From NCBI GenBank assembly GCA_946965045.2, contig OX337240.1, positions 310,001-374,000 on the forward strand: 64,000 nt of DNA. Direction: 5' to 3'. Origin of the DNA: Epithemia pelagica (taxonomy: Eukaryota; Protista; Bacillariophyta). This document shows, one piece after another, positions 33,938 to 46,987 of the stretch. The position numbers were made by a program, and so were the translations under genes. A model generated the notes under the pieces. It did no database searches, was not told where the DNA came from, and saw only the letters and a list, made by a program, of their open reading frames with translations. Position 1 is the first letter of the stretch. Each line of letters starts with the position of its first letter.

Positions 33938-36900
33938 ATGGGCTATCATTCCCTTTACAAAGAAGCCACCGATCGATTTATAGAGTGGATGAAGACTCAG
34001 GTTCCCATGCGCATCGAATCAGTCGACGATTTACCAAAGGGAGCAGATTGGATATGGCAGAAAACAATGCAGTGGATCGACGAGGATTCAAATGAGAATA
34101 ACCACAACAACAACAACAACAATAATAATAATAGTAATCGGAGGAGGAGGAGGAAAAAGATTGTGGTGATACCCCAAAAAATAATGGACGAGTTGGAAAC
34201 GAGTATTCACTATCGTCAACTCGTGAGTGACACGCATTATCCAGGAATAAGGGGGGATTCTGGTCATGCACACATAATTGAAGTCTTGAAACAATGCCAA
34301 TCCATCCTTACCACAGCACGTCGCATGGCTCGTGGGGCCCTTGATGGTATACCTCAACACAAGAAAGACGAAGAGGAAGACCACGAAGACCAGGAGGAAG
34401 AAAAGGCAAACGAATCAGTGGATGGACTTGGTGTTCAGTTCCCTTCTATCTTTTTTGCATCTATAAATGTTAAAGATTCTCAAGAATACGACAATGAGGA
34501 AGAATATGACAACGAGGAAGAATACGACAATGAGGACGATTTCGAATTCAGCATGGAAAACATTCGAAAGGGCAACAGGTTTCCCACTCCAGAACTCGAA
34601 CCATATGATCATGATTTGGACATAGAAGAGGACTTGATCCAGGGAAGTGACATGTTTCAAGCGGTTTCATTGTTGTGTACCATGGAAAATATGATGAGAG
34701 TTGTCGACGGTCATTGTCGGCTGCTCAAAGATTTGATGCAAGGACATACCCCTATCACACATGCTGGTGCCGACAACATCAACAACAAGGAAAGTGAAAT
34801 GCAATTGCTCTTGGAGGTGACAGCAGTCACCAATCTGGCCATGGAAACTATCCGAGTTGAAGAGAATTTGCTGGCAACCAATCATCCACACTTGTCTAGT
34901 TTTTATCACGTCTTGGCACTTGTCTTCTTTTCGAGTTTTGTAGAAGACTTGGAAGAACAAGTCGTTCCACGACAAGGACAAGGACAAGAACAAGAACAGC
35001 AACAAAACAGGCGTGATGACGAAATCACCAATCCTCGTCATCTGGTCTTGAACTTTGTGGCAGACATGGTTGAATGTGCTTTTCACAACCAAGGTGCCAA
35101 ACGGGTTTCAGAAAAGGTCCTACGCTTCGTCGAAAAAACTGGGTTATCCTATTCCACCGTGGACAAGATTGCGTGTACCATTGTGCCAGTAATGGCATAT
35201 GAAAACATGTTGGCCCGTGAGGTTGGCGTCAATCTCGTGTTGATTCGTAACGCGCAACAAGCGGGTGAGAATCTACCGCATTCCTGGTTTGGTCATAGTC
35301 CCCATATTGGTGGAGACCGGTGTATTTTGAATACCCAAAAATTGGTCCAACACGTCATGGATATGGTGGAACCGAATCAAAAACTGCTTCAAATACCAGG
35401 CTTTTGGGGCAAAAACAATGGGACGAAATCCAACGTCCGGCCAAGTCTATTCGGGGAGATTTGGATGAAGCCTTGGCTGGAAGAATCTTGCCTGAATTGA
35501 TTGCCATTGGGCAAGCAGCTCCTTTGGAACAATTGCCTCATGTACCACAACTCTTGCCTCTTTTACACATGCTGCATCAGCATGTCAAGATGGACTGTAC
35601 AGCACCCATTCCAATCGCTCTTACCTTTGGCCTTCATGCCATGCTCACAGCCATGTTGGTCCTTCAAGGAGGTGGCAATGGCGATTTGGCACGGTTGGCC
35701 TCCTTCACCAAACAATCCTACCACAAACTTTTTTCTCAGCTCCAGGACGTTGAGGATCCAACCAGCAAGTCCCAACCACAGAATGCTCCCACCTTTTATG
35801 ACAACGTACAACTCTTTGGCAATGTGGTGCATCTTGCCGAGCCCATTCTGGTATCCTCCAACAATATTCCTCGTGGACTGGCCGTTTCGGATCCTTCCGA
35901 AACAGAGAGACTCGCCATTTGGAACCCCGTCGTGGGTGGATCGTACCTGCTGTATGGAACCTATATCTGTTCCATTGCTCTTGGTTCCGCTACGATTGAT
36001 TCCTTGGGACAACTTTGTATGACTTTGCACTTGTACAATGCATTGAAATCACAGCTCAGATCGTCACTGGATATTCCCTTTTTGGAACATCTCGGTAAGG
36101 TCTTCAGCAAGACCAGAGCAGTCTGGGCAGCAGGAAGGACAGTAGAAAGCGGTTCTTTTTCGAAAGAGTTTTGGATGGCGTGGGGTATGAGTTCGGAACA
36201 GGCCTTACAGCAACAAAATTACAACAGCTTGGACGACGAGCAGTTTGACACATGGATGCAACGTTCCATAACAAGCCGATTGTCGGGTCAAGGTCTCAGG
36301 TACGATGTGTTCGTACTATCCACTAGTTGGGGCATTTTTGAAACTCTGACAAACGACGGTACTTTTGTGTTTTTCTTTTGCTCGCAGGATACTCCAAGAA
36401 ATCAAGCCCGAAGAGTTTAGTTTGTCCTACCATCGACTCGTGCTACACGATTTCACCTCAGAGGAGGAGGATGATGAAGTGGTTGCGTATACGGTTCGAC
36501 AGAAAAAGACCATTGAAGAACGAAAGAACCTGTCCTCTACAGAACGAATTCTCGTCCAGATCAACACGTTGCGAGATAGTATGGATGAGGATGAAGATTT
36601 TGTACTACCAACCAATTTCCCAGTTGTCAGCAGCATTTTACTCGAGTTCCTCCACCGGCTTGGTGAAGGCATGGTATGTTTGCTCCTCGCATTATCCATA
36701 TCATTCGTGTGGTTTCATTCGTTTCAATCGTTCTCTCACAACTCGTTTTACTGGGTGGGGATACGATTGTAGGGTTGGAACAGGATTATTTCGCGAGCGT
36801 TGCTAGATGCGGCAGATGAAGTACGGCCGGGAGGCTTCGGGGCGCCCGATTTGAATTCTACGATGCTTCCCAATGTGTCGGCATGTTTCTCGCAAAACTG

Positions 36901-37557
36901 GATCAAAATCCTGCAGGCAGTGATGGAGATATGCTGGTCGAACGTGCCGCTGGGATCATGACGGACTTTTTTGGCACTTTGTCCAAAGATCGGTTCATGT
37001 CCTTCGTAGACAGCAGTACCCAACCCACTCGTCATGAGCGTCGGCGACGAAATCCACTAGAGGGAACGTATCCTAGCATGCGCTGTGGCACGACGATGCA
37101 ATATCCGCTTCAAGCTTTCATGCATCTCAAGCACAGTAAGAAGCGGAAACCAGTCGCACGTTTGATCAAACCTGGCAAATATACTCCCTTCCTGCCATTC
37201 GACGAAGAAGACTTTGCAAGATCACCATATGTAGAACAAGGTAGTAAGCTGCCACAAGAGCCAAGTGGTAAATTTCGGCACATTGCAAGCTACAGTATGG
37301 AAGAACTCATTTATCTGGAATGGGACGGGGCCATGTACTGTTCGAGCCAAGGACGACATGCAGCATCTGGTCGCTACGTCCCATTCATTGTGGGCTATGA
37401 CTCCGATTCGGATGACGAATACGAACCAATTGATGTACGAGAAGGCGAACGAGCAGGGATCATTGGCCTCCCCCGTCATGACGTTGGATCGTTCATGGCT
37501 GTGCCAGACATTCACTCCAAGAGCTGTAAGATTGTCAAGCTCAATGGCGGTCGTTGA
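33938..37557 (+). CDS. Large DUF6604-like domain protein, multi-exon, disrupted as assembled
   Basis: N-terminal YHSLYKEATDRFIEWM...IPQKIMDELETSIHYR...DSGHAHIIEVLKQC resembles my recollection of the DUF6604 pattern. Frame switch at 35406-35415. Introns 36300..36387 and 36674..36772/36783. A further lesion lies at ~36817-36870. Confidence 0.6.
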
Positions 37558-38155
37558 GAGTGATTATGGGAGAAACTAAAATGGCAAATAAAGCCTATTC
37601 TTTATGAATAACAGAGTTGGTGCCCGAGTAACGCATATATGCTCGCTGTTTTCCTTGTTCGGGCACGATTCGCATCCTAATTCTGCCATGAGAAAGGCCT
37701 TTCCTCCGTCGCTCCCTTGTATCGCGGTGATATGCTCTTCGTAGCTGTGGATGTTGTTTCGAGACTCTCAAAATGATACTAAGAGTGGTTCGAGTCATTC
37801 AAGGACATGGACATGCGCTACAGACGCGGATTTTTGTGGGAAAGACCACGTGTCGAATGGTTCCCCGCAAAATCTGAATTAGAGACGGCGAGAAAGCAAA
37901 AAAAATCCTCTGCTCCCTGTTGCTACAGTCATGTTGCTCTATAGCCTCCTTTCATACACTACAGAGAGTACCAAAGGCTTCCAGAGTGCGAGTTCCTGTG
38001 TCGTCCTACTTCATGGGATGATAAGGTCCAAGAAGTGTTTGCCGAGGGACCCATTTGTCTTGCAGAACGCTTGTAAGTCGTGTTTAGGTCGCGTTTTCAC
38101 TGTTGGAGTCGCTTTTGCGTCGACAGCGTTCTCACAAAACGCAAAACGCAAAAAA

Positions 38156-38286
38156 CAACACTAAGACACGTTCCCTGTCTTGCAAATGTCAATCTCGACG
38201 GCAGCAGAGAGGCAAACGCTGCCGTGCATTGGTGATTCCTCTCGTCGCGGTGAAGTTAGGTTGTCCTGGCAAAAGTCAACACTAAA
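38156..38286 (+). promoter_or_regulatory. Paired CAACACTAAG ... CAACACTAAA motif upstream of the four clustered P450s (this instance; others at 41624/41744, 48819/48942 and minus strand 47211/47088)
   Basis: Motif, order and 120-123 nt spacing are conserved while the neighbouring sequence diverges. Function is inferred. Confidence 0.5.
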
Positions 38287-38398
38287 GACACACACACAAA
38301 ATCAGATCTCGATCCTTTGCGTGTTGTTGCAATCTTTCTGATTGTGCTAAAGGCGACGAGAAACGAGAACATCGGCACCAACGATCCGAATCAGGAAG

Positions 38399-40210
38399 AT
38401 GATCATGATGCGAATGAAACACTTGGTATTCCCAAAGTATGGCAACAGTGGCAAGACGATTGCCGCCGGGTACACAAGACTGAGGATTCGAACCAAGGCA
38501 ACAACCACTGCGGCGGCCGCAACCACAACGACATCGGCTGCTTGTCCTTTTTCGGGTGCCAAATCCACCACCTCAACCCCAAATCATGGTCGTGCGGCTT
38601 CCACAGCTGTCAACCTCCCAGAGACATCCCATCATGGCATCAACGAGGAGACGGTCCCCTCATTGGTTCAGGTTCCCAAATTACCCCTTGTGGGGAGTAC
38701 GATTCGCCAGTATTCCAACACTCCGGATTTTCTAAAGTTTGAATTTTGGCCGCAAATGCGCAAACTATATGGAGACTTTTATTCCATGGGGTTGCCCGGA
38801 TTGGGTGCCGATATCTATGGCACGGTCTACGTCATTCAAGATCCCTACGTCATGACTCAATTGATTCGACAGGAAGGGCAATATCCCAGTGGTTCCGCTC
38901 AAACAAGTTTTTGCCTTCACAAGTATTTTTATGATCGAAAGCGCTTGGACCAACACTTTTTTTCGGAAGCCGGTCCAGAATGGAAACGATTGCGACACTT
39001 TGTCCAAACGGACATGTTGTCACCGTCTAGTAGTGAACGATACTTGCCAGCCATTTGTCAAGCCGCGCAAAGAGCCGCCCTGGGGGCACCGTCCTATCGC
39101 CACAATCTCAAGGAATATTTAGTCCATGCCTCCTGTGACATGTTTACCAGTCTCATGATTGGATCGTCACTCGGTATTACCGATCCCACCGTGGAAACCA
39201 AACCCGAAGACCGGGATTTTTGTCAGCACATTTCGACAGCCCTACAGACCAACAGTCGATTGCATTGGAGTTTGTCGGATGCCCTTCTCATCAAGTTGTT
39301 CAATATTAGTACCAAGCAATACAAGGTCTTTGAAGAGAATTGGGGTGCCGCTGATGACTATGCAAGGGGCAAAATTAAGGATTTGCTGAAGAAACCCGCG
39401 CACGAACAGACGGAATTGGAGCGCAATTGTTATGCCATGGCCGCTTTTCAACGAGCGCAAAACGAAACCAATCCAGATTATCAATTGACTGACGAAGAAG
39501 CTCAATCCATTGTCCCGGCCTTCATGGCGGCTGGTGTCGACACGACGGGAAACAACGCCACGTGGAAAATCTTGCACATGGCCTTTTCGCCAGAGGCACA
39601 AGAGCGTGTCTATCAAGAACAGTTGCAACTCCATGGAGGACCACCCGAGACCTTGCAAGTAACACCCAACTCGGTTTTGCCACGAAATGCACCCTTTTTA
39701 CATGCCTGTATTCGCGAAAGTCATCGATTGGCCAATCCGGCCATTCCTGTTCCGCACAAACAATTTGCCAAACCGGTCACTATTCATGGAGTGGACTTGC
39801 CGGCACGGACCAGTGTCATTTTGGATGGCTACTCAACCGGCGTGGATCCTCGTCATTGGGACGATGAACAAGATACCATGGCCTTTAAACCTCAACGGTT
39901 TTTGAAAGATGCCGTCCAAGCCCGCAAGGATACACCAGCAGCCGTGGTCGATCATCCTTTTTTCTCAGGACCCTTTTCACAAGGTGCTCGACGATGTCCT
40001 GGAAGCCGTGTCGCCAATTTGGAATTGGGGGCCTTGTTGGCCAATCTTGTGGTTCAATGGGAATTTTCGTTGGCACCAGACCCCAAAACGGGCAAGGTTC
40101 CTTATACACATTGGTCGCAGGTGCCGTATGGAATGGAAACACTCACCACCTCGTATCTTCCCACCATGGACTTTGTGCCTAGACAACCTAGGCGCTCCCC
40201 CGCCATTTAA
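38399..40210 (+). CDS. Cytochrome P450 (mitochondrial-clan-like), paralog 2
   Basis: FMAAGVDTT, ESHR, FKPQRF, FSQGARRCPG; intronless. Confidence 0.95.
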   Translation: MIMMRMKHLVFPKYGNSGKTIAAGYTRLRIRTKATTTAAAATTTTSAACPFSGAKSTTSTPNHGRAASTAVNLPETSHHGINEETVPSLVQVPKLPLVGSTIRQYSNTPDFLKFEFWPQMRKLYGDFYSMGLPGLGADIYGTVYVIQDPYVMTQLIRQEGQYPSGSAQTSFCLHKYFYDRKRLDQHFFSEAGPEWKRLRHFVQTDMLSPSSSERYLPAICQAAQRAALGAPSYRHNLKEYLVHASCDMFTSLMIGSSLGITDPTVETKPEDRDFCQHISTALQTNSRLHWSLSDALLIKLFNISTKQYKVFEENWGAADDYARGKIKDLLKKPAHEQTELERNCYAMAAFQRAQNETNPDYQLTDEEAQSIVPAFMAAGVDTTGNNATWKILHMAFSPEAQERVYQEQLQLHGGPPETLQVTPNSVLPRNAPFLHACIRESHRLANPAIPVPHKQFAKPVTIHGVDLPARTSVILDGYSTGVDPRHWDDEQDTMAFKPQRFLKDAVQARKDTPAAVVDHPFFSGPFSQGARRCPGSRVANLELGALLANLVVQWEFSLAPDPKTGKVPYTHWSQVPYGMETLTTSYLPTMDFVPRQPRRSPAI

Positions 40211-41872
40211 AACTTCATGACAATGCTTGCTGGTGTTGAGTGACAAAAGACGAACAATACATAAAATCAGGTACCGAAACTTCATATACGACATACGATA
40301 GAAACCTTTTCGTTGTGTTCTTGTTCTTGTTGTCGTCGTTCTCCTCGTGGCGATGAGGCAGATTCCCCGAAATGGGCTGGAGACATGAGAGGGGTAGTCG
40401 TAAACTCGAGTTGGAATGAGCCAATGCCGTTTCTTAGGCCTGAGCTGGTTCCATCTTTCTTGCCTGTCTACTAGATCGGACACAAAGGGAATGAGACAGT
40501 ATTTCTGGTAACCTTTTTGGCGTTTCGACAACAACAACAACATGGACAGGCTTGGAAGGAAGGGCGGGTGTCAGAGACGGTGCTCATGTCCTTGTCGTCG
40601 TTGAAACAATTGTGGAGAAAAGAGGAGAAGTGACACGATTGTCCGAGTACGAAAAGGATGGTACCTTGGGAATCATGGTACAATGTGATGTGAATGTGTG
40701 GGTGAGAAGTTTTGTCGAATCGGATTGCTTCCTCGTGATCTAGGTGGTAAGGAATGAGATTAGGTTTCGGGTTTTGGTATTTGGATTGGGTCTTCTGACA
40801 ATGGTTCTTGTTGACCTAGTTTTCGGTTGGATTGCACCTCGGAGGAATGAATCACGGAGGAGAATCGTATCCTGGTCCAAAAGACCTCCAGATAAAGAGC
40901 CATCGACCAACTATGGCGATACCCTCCTCCTGCCAGCCTTGTGTGTCGATTCCCCAGTTGTATGCGTAAAATAGAGAATGGATTAGATACAGATACTACA
41001 AAGAGCACAGAAAACAATGTAGGGCATGGCTTCGGTGCTTATCATTGCTCCACATTAGCCAAAAGGGCGCATCTGTTTCGTCTTTTTGCTCGTTGATTGT
41101 CGTATGATGACATAGGTGTTCTGGAGCAACAAGCTATCCAGAGCTGCGCTTCCCCCACCACATCCACCACTCAAACTCTCTTCTACTACGACTGAGACAA
41201 AGTATAGAAAAGCAGTAAAACAGGGTGTGTGCGAAATAGGCGTAGAACAACGTAAGCTCAGCAGAAAAGAGTCCAAATGGACCAACAACCACTCAGCATC
41301 TCAGAAATACACTTTGATCTCTTCCAGTCGTTGGTTTTTGACAGCAAAACTTACACAGTCTGTCGGTTGCTTACGTTTGGAGACATTCACCAAGCAACGG
41401 TTTCTGGAAGTGTCTTGATCTGATGAACGGCGGCATCGAAAGGGGAGAGCGTCATGGTGCGAGAAGAGGTGGTGACTTTTAACTTTATCCCTATTGGTGA
41501 ATAAAACGTGCAGTCCGTGCGGTGTGCGTTGACCCCACAGGTTTCTGGGGGAGACCGAAACACAGTTCCAGTCGCTCTCAAGATTCGATGACCCCCCTTC
41601 ACAAAACCCAAAACGCAAAAAAACAACACTAAGACGAAGACAAACGAATCACATCTGTCTGAAAATATGCAACCTCTTGCTTCCAAAACGACGAGACCAG
41701 ACACTCAAACGACGCCCAGGTGCGTTCGCACTCTAAGGAAAAACAACACTAAACGGCGAAGCGAGAAAGACGCAAGACGTCCATTGTCCATTGCATTGTT
41801 TCTTGGACAAGGACGACGCGTAACTTTACCCTGTTGACGACAACACAATAGAAGTTGGCGACGACGCCCGAA

Positions 41873-43651
41873 ATGACGATGATGATGCGTCTGAAATATC
41901 TTAACACCAAGACGACGACTACGATTGTCAAACGGCCCTTCCTGATTAGAACCAAGGCAACCACGACCACTGCTGCCGCAACGACAACGACATCATCCTC
42001 ATGTCCTTTTTCGGTTAACAACTCCACAACGACAAACCAAAGTTGTGGTCGTGCGGCTTCCACGGCTGCATCCCATCATGACATCAACGAGACGGTCCCC
42101 CAGTTGGTTCAGGTTCCGAAATTGCCGATTGTGGGGAGTATCATTCCTCAATATTCCAATACTCCGGACGTAAGGTTGCGTGACTTTTGGCCCAAAATGC
42201 ACAAGCAGTTTGGAGACTTTTATTCCTTTGGTTTGCCTGGGATGGGTGCCGATATCTACGGCACATGCTACGTGATTCAAGATCCCCACGTCATGGCTCA
42301 ATTGATTCGACATGAAGGGCAATATCCCAGTGGTAGCACGGAAACTACCTTTTGCCTTCACAAGTACTTTCGTGAACGAAATCACTTGGCGCAGCACTTC
42401 TTTGCCCCAGCCTCTCCGGAATGGAAACGATTGCGACACTTTGTTCAGGCCGACTTGCTGTCACCTTCTAGTAGTGAACGCTATCTACCAGCCATTTGTC
42501 GGGCTGCTCGTATGGCCGCCATGGGCGCACCGTCCTATCGTGAAGACATGAACAAATTTTTGATCCATGCGTCTTGTGATATGTTCTCGAACGTCTTGAC
42601 TGGATCGTCGACCGCTATTATCGATCCCACCGTGGAAACTAAACCGGAAGCCAGGGACTTTTGTAAGCACATATCCACGGCCTTTAAGGCCAACACTGAG
42701 TTGCAAATGAGCTTGTGGGATGCCTTTCTCATCAAGATGTTCAATATAAGTACCAAGAAATACAAAGTCTTTGAAGAAAATTTTGATGCCGCCGACATGT
42801 ACGCTCTGCACAAAGTTCGTGACTTGATCCAGAAACCCAAAACTGAACAGACGGAATTCGAGCGCAATAGTTATACCATGGCCGCTTTCGAACGAGCACA
42901 AAACGAAACCAATCCGGACTATCAATTGACCACGGAACAAATACAGTGCATTGCACAATTGTTCCTGGCGGCTGGAGTCGATTCCACAGCCAACACTGAG
43001 TCGTGGAAGATCCTGCACATGGCCTTTTCACCAGAGGCACAAGAACGTGTCTACCAAGAACAATTGCAGCTCCATGGTGGACCACCCGAGACCTTGCAAG
43101 TAACACCCGACTCGGTCTTGCCACGAAATGCACCTTTTTTGCATGCCTGTATTCGGGAAAGCCATCGATTGGCCAATCCAGCCACTCCCATTCCGAACAA
43201 ACGTTTTGCCAAACCCGTCACCATTTATGGCGTCGAATTGCCACCACGCACTACTGTCATTTTGGATGGCTACTCGACTGGCATCGACCCTCGTTATTGG
43301 GACGATGAACAAGATGCCATGACTTTTAAGCCCCAACGGTTTTTGAAAGATGCAGTTCAGGCCCACAAGGATACACCCGCCGCAGTGGTCGATCATACCT
43401 TTTTTTCGGGACCGTTTTCGCAAGGAGCTCGGCGATGTCCGGGTAGTCGCGTCGCCAACTTGGAATTGGCGGCCTTGTTAGCCAATTTTGTTGTCCAATG
43501 GGAGTTCTCCGTCGCACCCGACCCCGGAACAGGGAAAATGCCCTATACACATTGGTCACAGGTGCCATATGGAATAGAAACCCTCACCACCGCTTATCTT
43601 CCCACCATGGACTTTGTGCCTCGCCAACATGTGCGTTCCCCCGCGATTTAA
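41873..43651 (+). CDS. Cytochrome P450 (mitochondrial-clan-like), paralog 3
   Basis: FLAAGVDST, ESHR, FKPQRF, FSQGARRCPG; first ATG at 41873. Confidence 0.95.
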   Translation: MTMMMRLKYLNTKTTTTIVKRPFLIRTKATTTTAAATTTTSSSCPFSVNNSTTTNQSCGRAASTAASHHDINETVPQLVQVPKLPIVGSIIPQYSNTPDVRLRDFWPKMHKQFGDFYSFGLPGMGADIYGTCYVIQDPHVMAQLIRHEGQYPSGSTETTFCLHKYFRERNHLAQHFFAPASPEWKRLRHFVQADLLSPSSSERYLPAICRAARMAAMGAPSYREDMNKFLIHASCDMFSNVLTGSSTAIIDPTVETKPEARDFCKHISTAFKANTELQMSLWDAFLIKMFNISTKKYKVFEENFDAADMYALHKVRDLIQKPKTEQTEFERNSYTMAAFERAQNETNPDYQLTTEQIQCIAQLFLAAGVDSTANTESWKILHMAFSPEAQERVYQEQLQLHGGPPETLQVTPDSVLPRNAPFLHACIRESHRLANPATPIPNKRFAKPVTIYGVELPPRTTVILDGYSTGIDPRYWDDEQDAMTFKPQRFLKDAVQAHKDTPAAVVDHTFFSGPFSQGARRCPGSRVANLELAALLANFVVQWEFSVAPDPGTGKMPYTHWSQVPYGIETLTTAYLPTMDFVPRQHVRSPAI

Positions 43652-45142
43652 GACTTTGTTTCACTGCTTTTTCTAGTGTCGAGTGAGAAAAGAACAACAA
43701 ATCCCTTTACCACACATCGAATGAAATATTACTTGAAATCAAGTATCGAAGCTTTAGACGACATTTGATAGAAAACTTTTTTCCATGACTTAAACTGTTG
43801 CGCTAAATTACAGCGTTGTCTCTTTGGGCTTGAGAGTTGAGAATGTCGTTTCTATTGTATGGGCTGTTGCCGTTTGTCTTGTTTGGATTTCATTGATTTC
43901 TGATTTCCTTTTGCACCTCTATGCCTTTGGTCATGACTCGCCCGGCGTGTAACGGTCGGTTGTCACAAAAGTGACAAATCGCGCATACCGATCACACATT
44001 GTTTCGCCTCTTCGACAATCGCTCTCATATTTTCTTGGGAGATGAGAGACGAAGGGACGGCTGTTTCACCCGACGACTGCTGCTGCTTGCTGCTTTGGAG
44101 TGTCATGATCGAACACTTTTGCAAGGCCGACAAAACGGAAAAGACCCTATAATATACCAAACAGAGAATCTGAATGGCACTCTAGAGAGTTTGAAATGCA
44201 CCAACATTCAAATTGCTGCTTCATCGGCGGCCATCCTAACAATCACACACATCCATCTGCAAACACCGAAACAAAGAAATAACTTTCGTGTCCCTCAGGA
44301 ACCGTCAGAGCCGGGGTTGGAAACACGTGAAGATTTTGTTGCGAATGCACACAGACCATTGTTGCTCCACTGGCAATCCGCAAACCGTGAATTGGACTGT
44401 CTGATGGTTCTAAGATCTGTCGTGTTTGGTGGGTCGTTGTGACTGTGACTGACGTTTGGGTAACAACACCTGTGCTTCATCTTGCGGCGGCTCGTGTGTT
44501 GTGTTCCATAATGGGGGAACAAAAAAAAGAACGATACGTGGCAATTTTATCCTTCAATTGCTCTTGGAGTGATTCCTGTTTGTCGTCGTCGCTTTAGAGA
44601 GGATCATGTGTATCTGTGTTTTTGTGCTTGTTAGATTCGTCGTCGTCGGTTTGGTAAAACCTATTGTGGCCATGGTTTCATACTGATGCCTAGTAGGCAA
44701 CTTGAATGGGCACAAGACTGTGAAATGGCCAGGCGGTGGAAGAAATGAGGGGATAGATAAAGGTGGTCCAATACTCCTTGAATAGTAAAGCGTCATGAGT
44801 GGCCCACAAGAAGGAATCATGACCTACTGCCTTTTGCCAAATGTAAAGGCTCGCACGGCCGGATGACGCTCCAATTTACCAGATCGATGAGAATTCCTTT
44901 TCTTGAAACAGTTGACAGACACGAGCTCAAATGGAATTCAGAGATGGATACGAGAGCACCACATGTCAAACGCCAAGAATCAACAACGAGATTAGATTAT
45001 TTAGTAAGGTGACCCGTGTCTTTGTTGCAATATTGTCATGTTGTATATGCAGGTTTGGTTCTTGATATATGTATCTCATTCTTCATTGTATGGATTCGCT
45101 CTTGTACCGTCACTCCACACAAGCAATGAATGTGCTTGAAGC

Positions 45143-46987
45143 TTATACTTCGGCGGAATTCCCATGTCGTCGGGGCACAAAGTCCATGGCTGGTAGATAC
45201 GAGGTGTTGATGGTTTCCAATCCATACGGCACTTGCGACCAATGTGTATAGGGCATCTTCCCTGTTTCGGGGTCGGGTGCGACGGAGAACTCCCATTGAA
45301 CGACGAGATTGGCCAATATGGTAGCCAATTCCAAATTGGCAACCCTACTACCAGGACATCGTCGAGCTCCTTGCGAAAAGGGTCCCGAAAAAAAGGTATG
45401 ATCGACCACGGCTGCTGGTGTATCCTTGCGGGCTTGGACTGCATCTTTCAAAAACCGTTGGGGCTTAAAGGCCATGGTATCTTCTTCATCTTCCCAATGA
45501 CGAGGATCGACGCCGGTTGAATAACCATCCAGAATGACAGTAGTGCGGGGCGGCAATTCGACGCCAAAAATGGTCACGGGTTTGGTAAAACGTTTGTTCG
45601 GAATGGGAATGGCTGGATTGGCCAATCGATGGCTTTCCCGAATACAGGCATGCAGAAAAGGTGCATTACGGGGCAAGACCGAGTCGGGTGTTACTTGCAA
45701 GGTCTCGGGTGGTCCGCCATGGAATTGTAACTGTTCTTGATACACCCTCTCTTGTGCCTCTGGTGAAAAGGCTAAATGCATGACTTTCCACGATGCATTG
45801 TTGGCCGTGGAATCGACGCCCATCGCCAAGAACAATGGCACAATGCACTCTATCTGTTCTTTCGTCAGTTGATTCTCTAGATTGGTTTCGTTTTGCGTTC
45901 TTTCAAAGGCGGCCATGGTATAACAGTTGCGTTCCAAGTCAGTTTGTTCGCTTTGGGGCTTCCGAATCAACTCTTTAACTTTTTCTTGAGCGTAGATGTC
46001 GGCGGCACCCCAATTGTCTTCAAAGACCTTGTATTTCTTGGTACGTATATTGAACATCTTGATGAGAAGGGCATCCCACAAGCTCAATTGCAATTCACTG
46101 TTGGCCTTGAGAGCCGTGGAAATGTGTTGACAAAAGGCCTTGTCTTCGGGTTTGGTTTCGACGGTGGGATCGGCAATGTCGGGCGAGGATCCAATCAAGA
46201 CATTGGAGAACATATCACAAGACGCATGGATCAAAAATTTGTTCATGTCTTGGCGATAGGACGGTGCGCCCATGGCGGCCATCCGTGCGGCTTGACAAAT
46301 GGCTGGCAGATAGCGTTCACTGCTGGCAGGGGACATCATGTCGGCCTGAACAAATTGTCGCAATCGCTTCCACTCGGGGCCGGCTTGGGCGAAAAAGTGT
46401 TGAGCAAGGCGATTTCGTTCGCGAAAATACTTGTGAAGGCAAAAATTGGTTTCTGTGGTACCACTTGGATATTGGCCTTCGTGTCGAATCAACTGAGCCA
46501 TGACGTGGGGATCTTGAATGACGTAGCAAGTGCCGTAGATATCGGCACCTATCCCGGGCAAACCAAAGGTATAAAAGTCTCCAAATTGTTGCCGCATTTG
46601 CGGCCAAAATTCCAGCTTGAGTAAATCCGGGATTTTGGAATACTCGCGAATCGCACTACCGACAATGGGCAATTTGGGAACATGAGACAATTTGGGGACC
46701 GTCTCGTTGCTGCTGCCATGACTGCGCGTCATGGTCGTTGCTGGTTCGGAATTGGAGGAGGTCTCATGGAGGGTCGTAGCCGTAGAAGCCGCACGACCAT
46801 GACTTGTGTTTGTCGTTGTGGAATTGGCACCCGAAAAAGGACAAGAGGAGGATGTCGTTGTCGATGCGGCAGCAGTGGTCGTGGTTGCCTTGGTCCGAAT
46901 CAGGAGGAGACGTTCGACAGTCATCGTCTTGGTGTTTCTAAGAGCAATTGTCGGCAACATGTGTTTCAGGCGCAGCATCATCGTCAT
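45143..46987 (-). CDS. Cytochrome P450 (mitochondrial-clan-like), paralog 4, inverted
   Basis: FLAMGVDST, ESHR, FKPQRF, FSQGARRCPG; first ATG at 46987. Confidence 0.95.
   Translation of the reverse strand: MTMMLRLKHMLPTIALRNTKTMTVERLLLIRTKATTTTAAASTTTSSSCPFSGANSTTTNTSHGRAASTATTLHETSSNSEPATTMTRSHGSSNETVPKLSHVPKLPIVGSAIREYSKIPDLLKLEFWPQMRQQFGDFYTFGLPGIGADIYGTCYVIQDPHVMAQLIRHEGQYPSGTTETNFCLHKYFRERNRLAQHFFAQAGPEWKRLRQFVQADMMSPASSERYLPAICQAARMAAMGAPSYRQDMNKFLIHASCDMFSNVLIGSSPDIADPTVETKPEDKAFCQHISTALKANSELQLSLWDALLIKMFNIRTKKYKVFEDNWGAADIYAQEKVKELIRKPQSEQTDLERNCYTMAAFERTQNETNLENQLTKEQIECIVPLFLAMGVDSTANNASWKVMHLAFSPEAQERVYQEQLQFHGGPPETLQVTPDSVLPRNAPFLHACIRESHRLANPAIPIPNKRFTKPVTIFGVELPPRTTVILDGYSTGVDPRHWEDEEDTMAFKPQRFLKDAVQARKDTPAAVVDHTFFSGPFSQGARRCPGSRVANLELATILANLVVQWEFSVAPDPETGKMPYTHWSQVPYGLETINTSYLPAMDFVPRRHGNSAEV

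Noticed and set aside
36808-36819. In-frame TGA in a C-G-R-* (CxxU-like) context, possible selenocysteine
   Set aside because: It depends on one of two possible acceptors, and a one-base frameshift explains the region equally well. The only 3' stem I saw (gtgcccga/tcgggcac, ~37620-37675) lacks the 5' AUGA of a SECIS. A SECISearch3 hit would reopen this.
43963-44900. Short ORFs between P450 paralogs 3 and 4; also 47731..48067 and 61071..61516
   Set aside because: No motifs, no paralog support and no clear gene structure; left unannotated.
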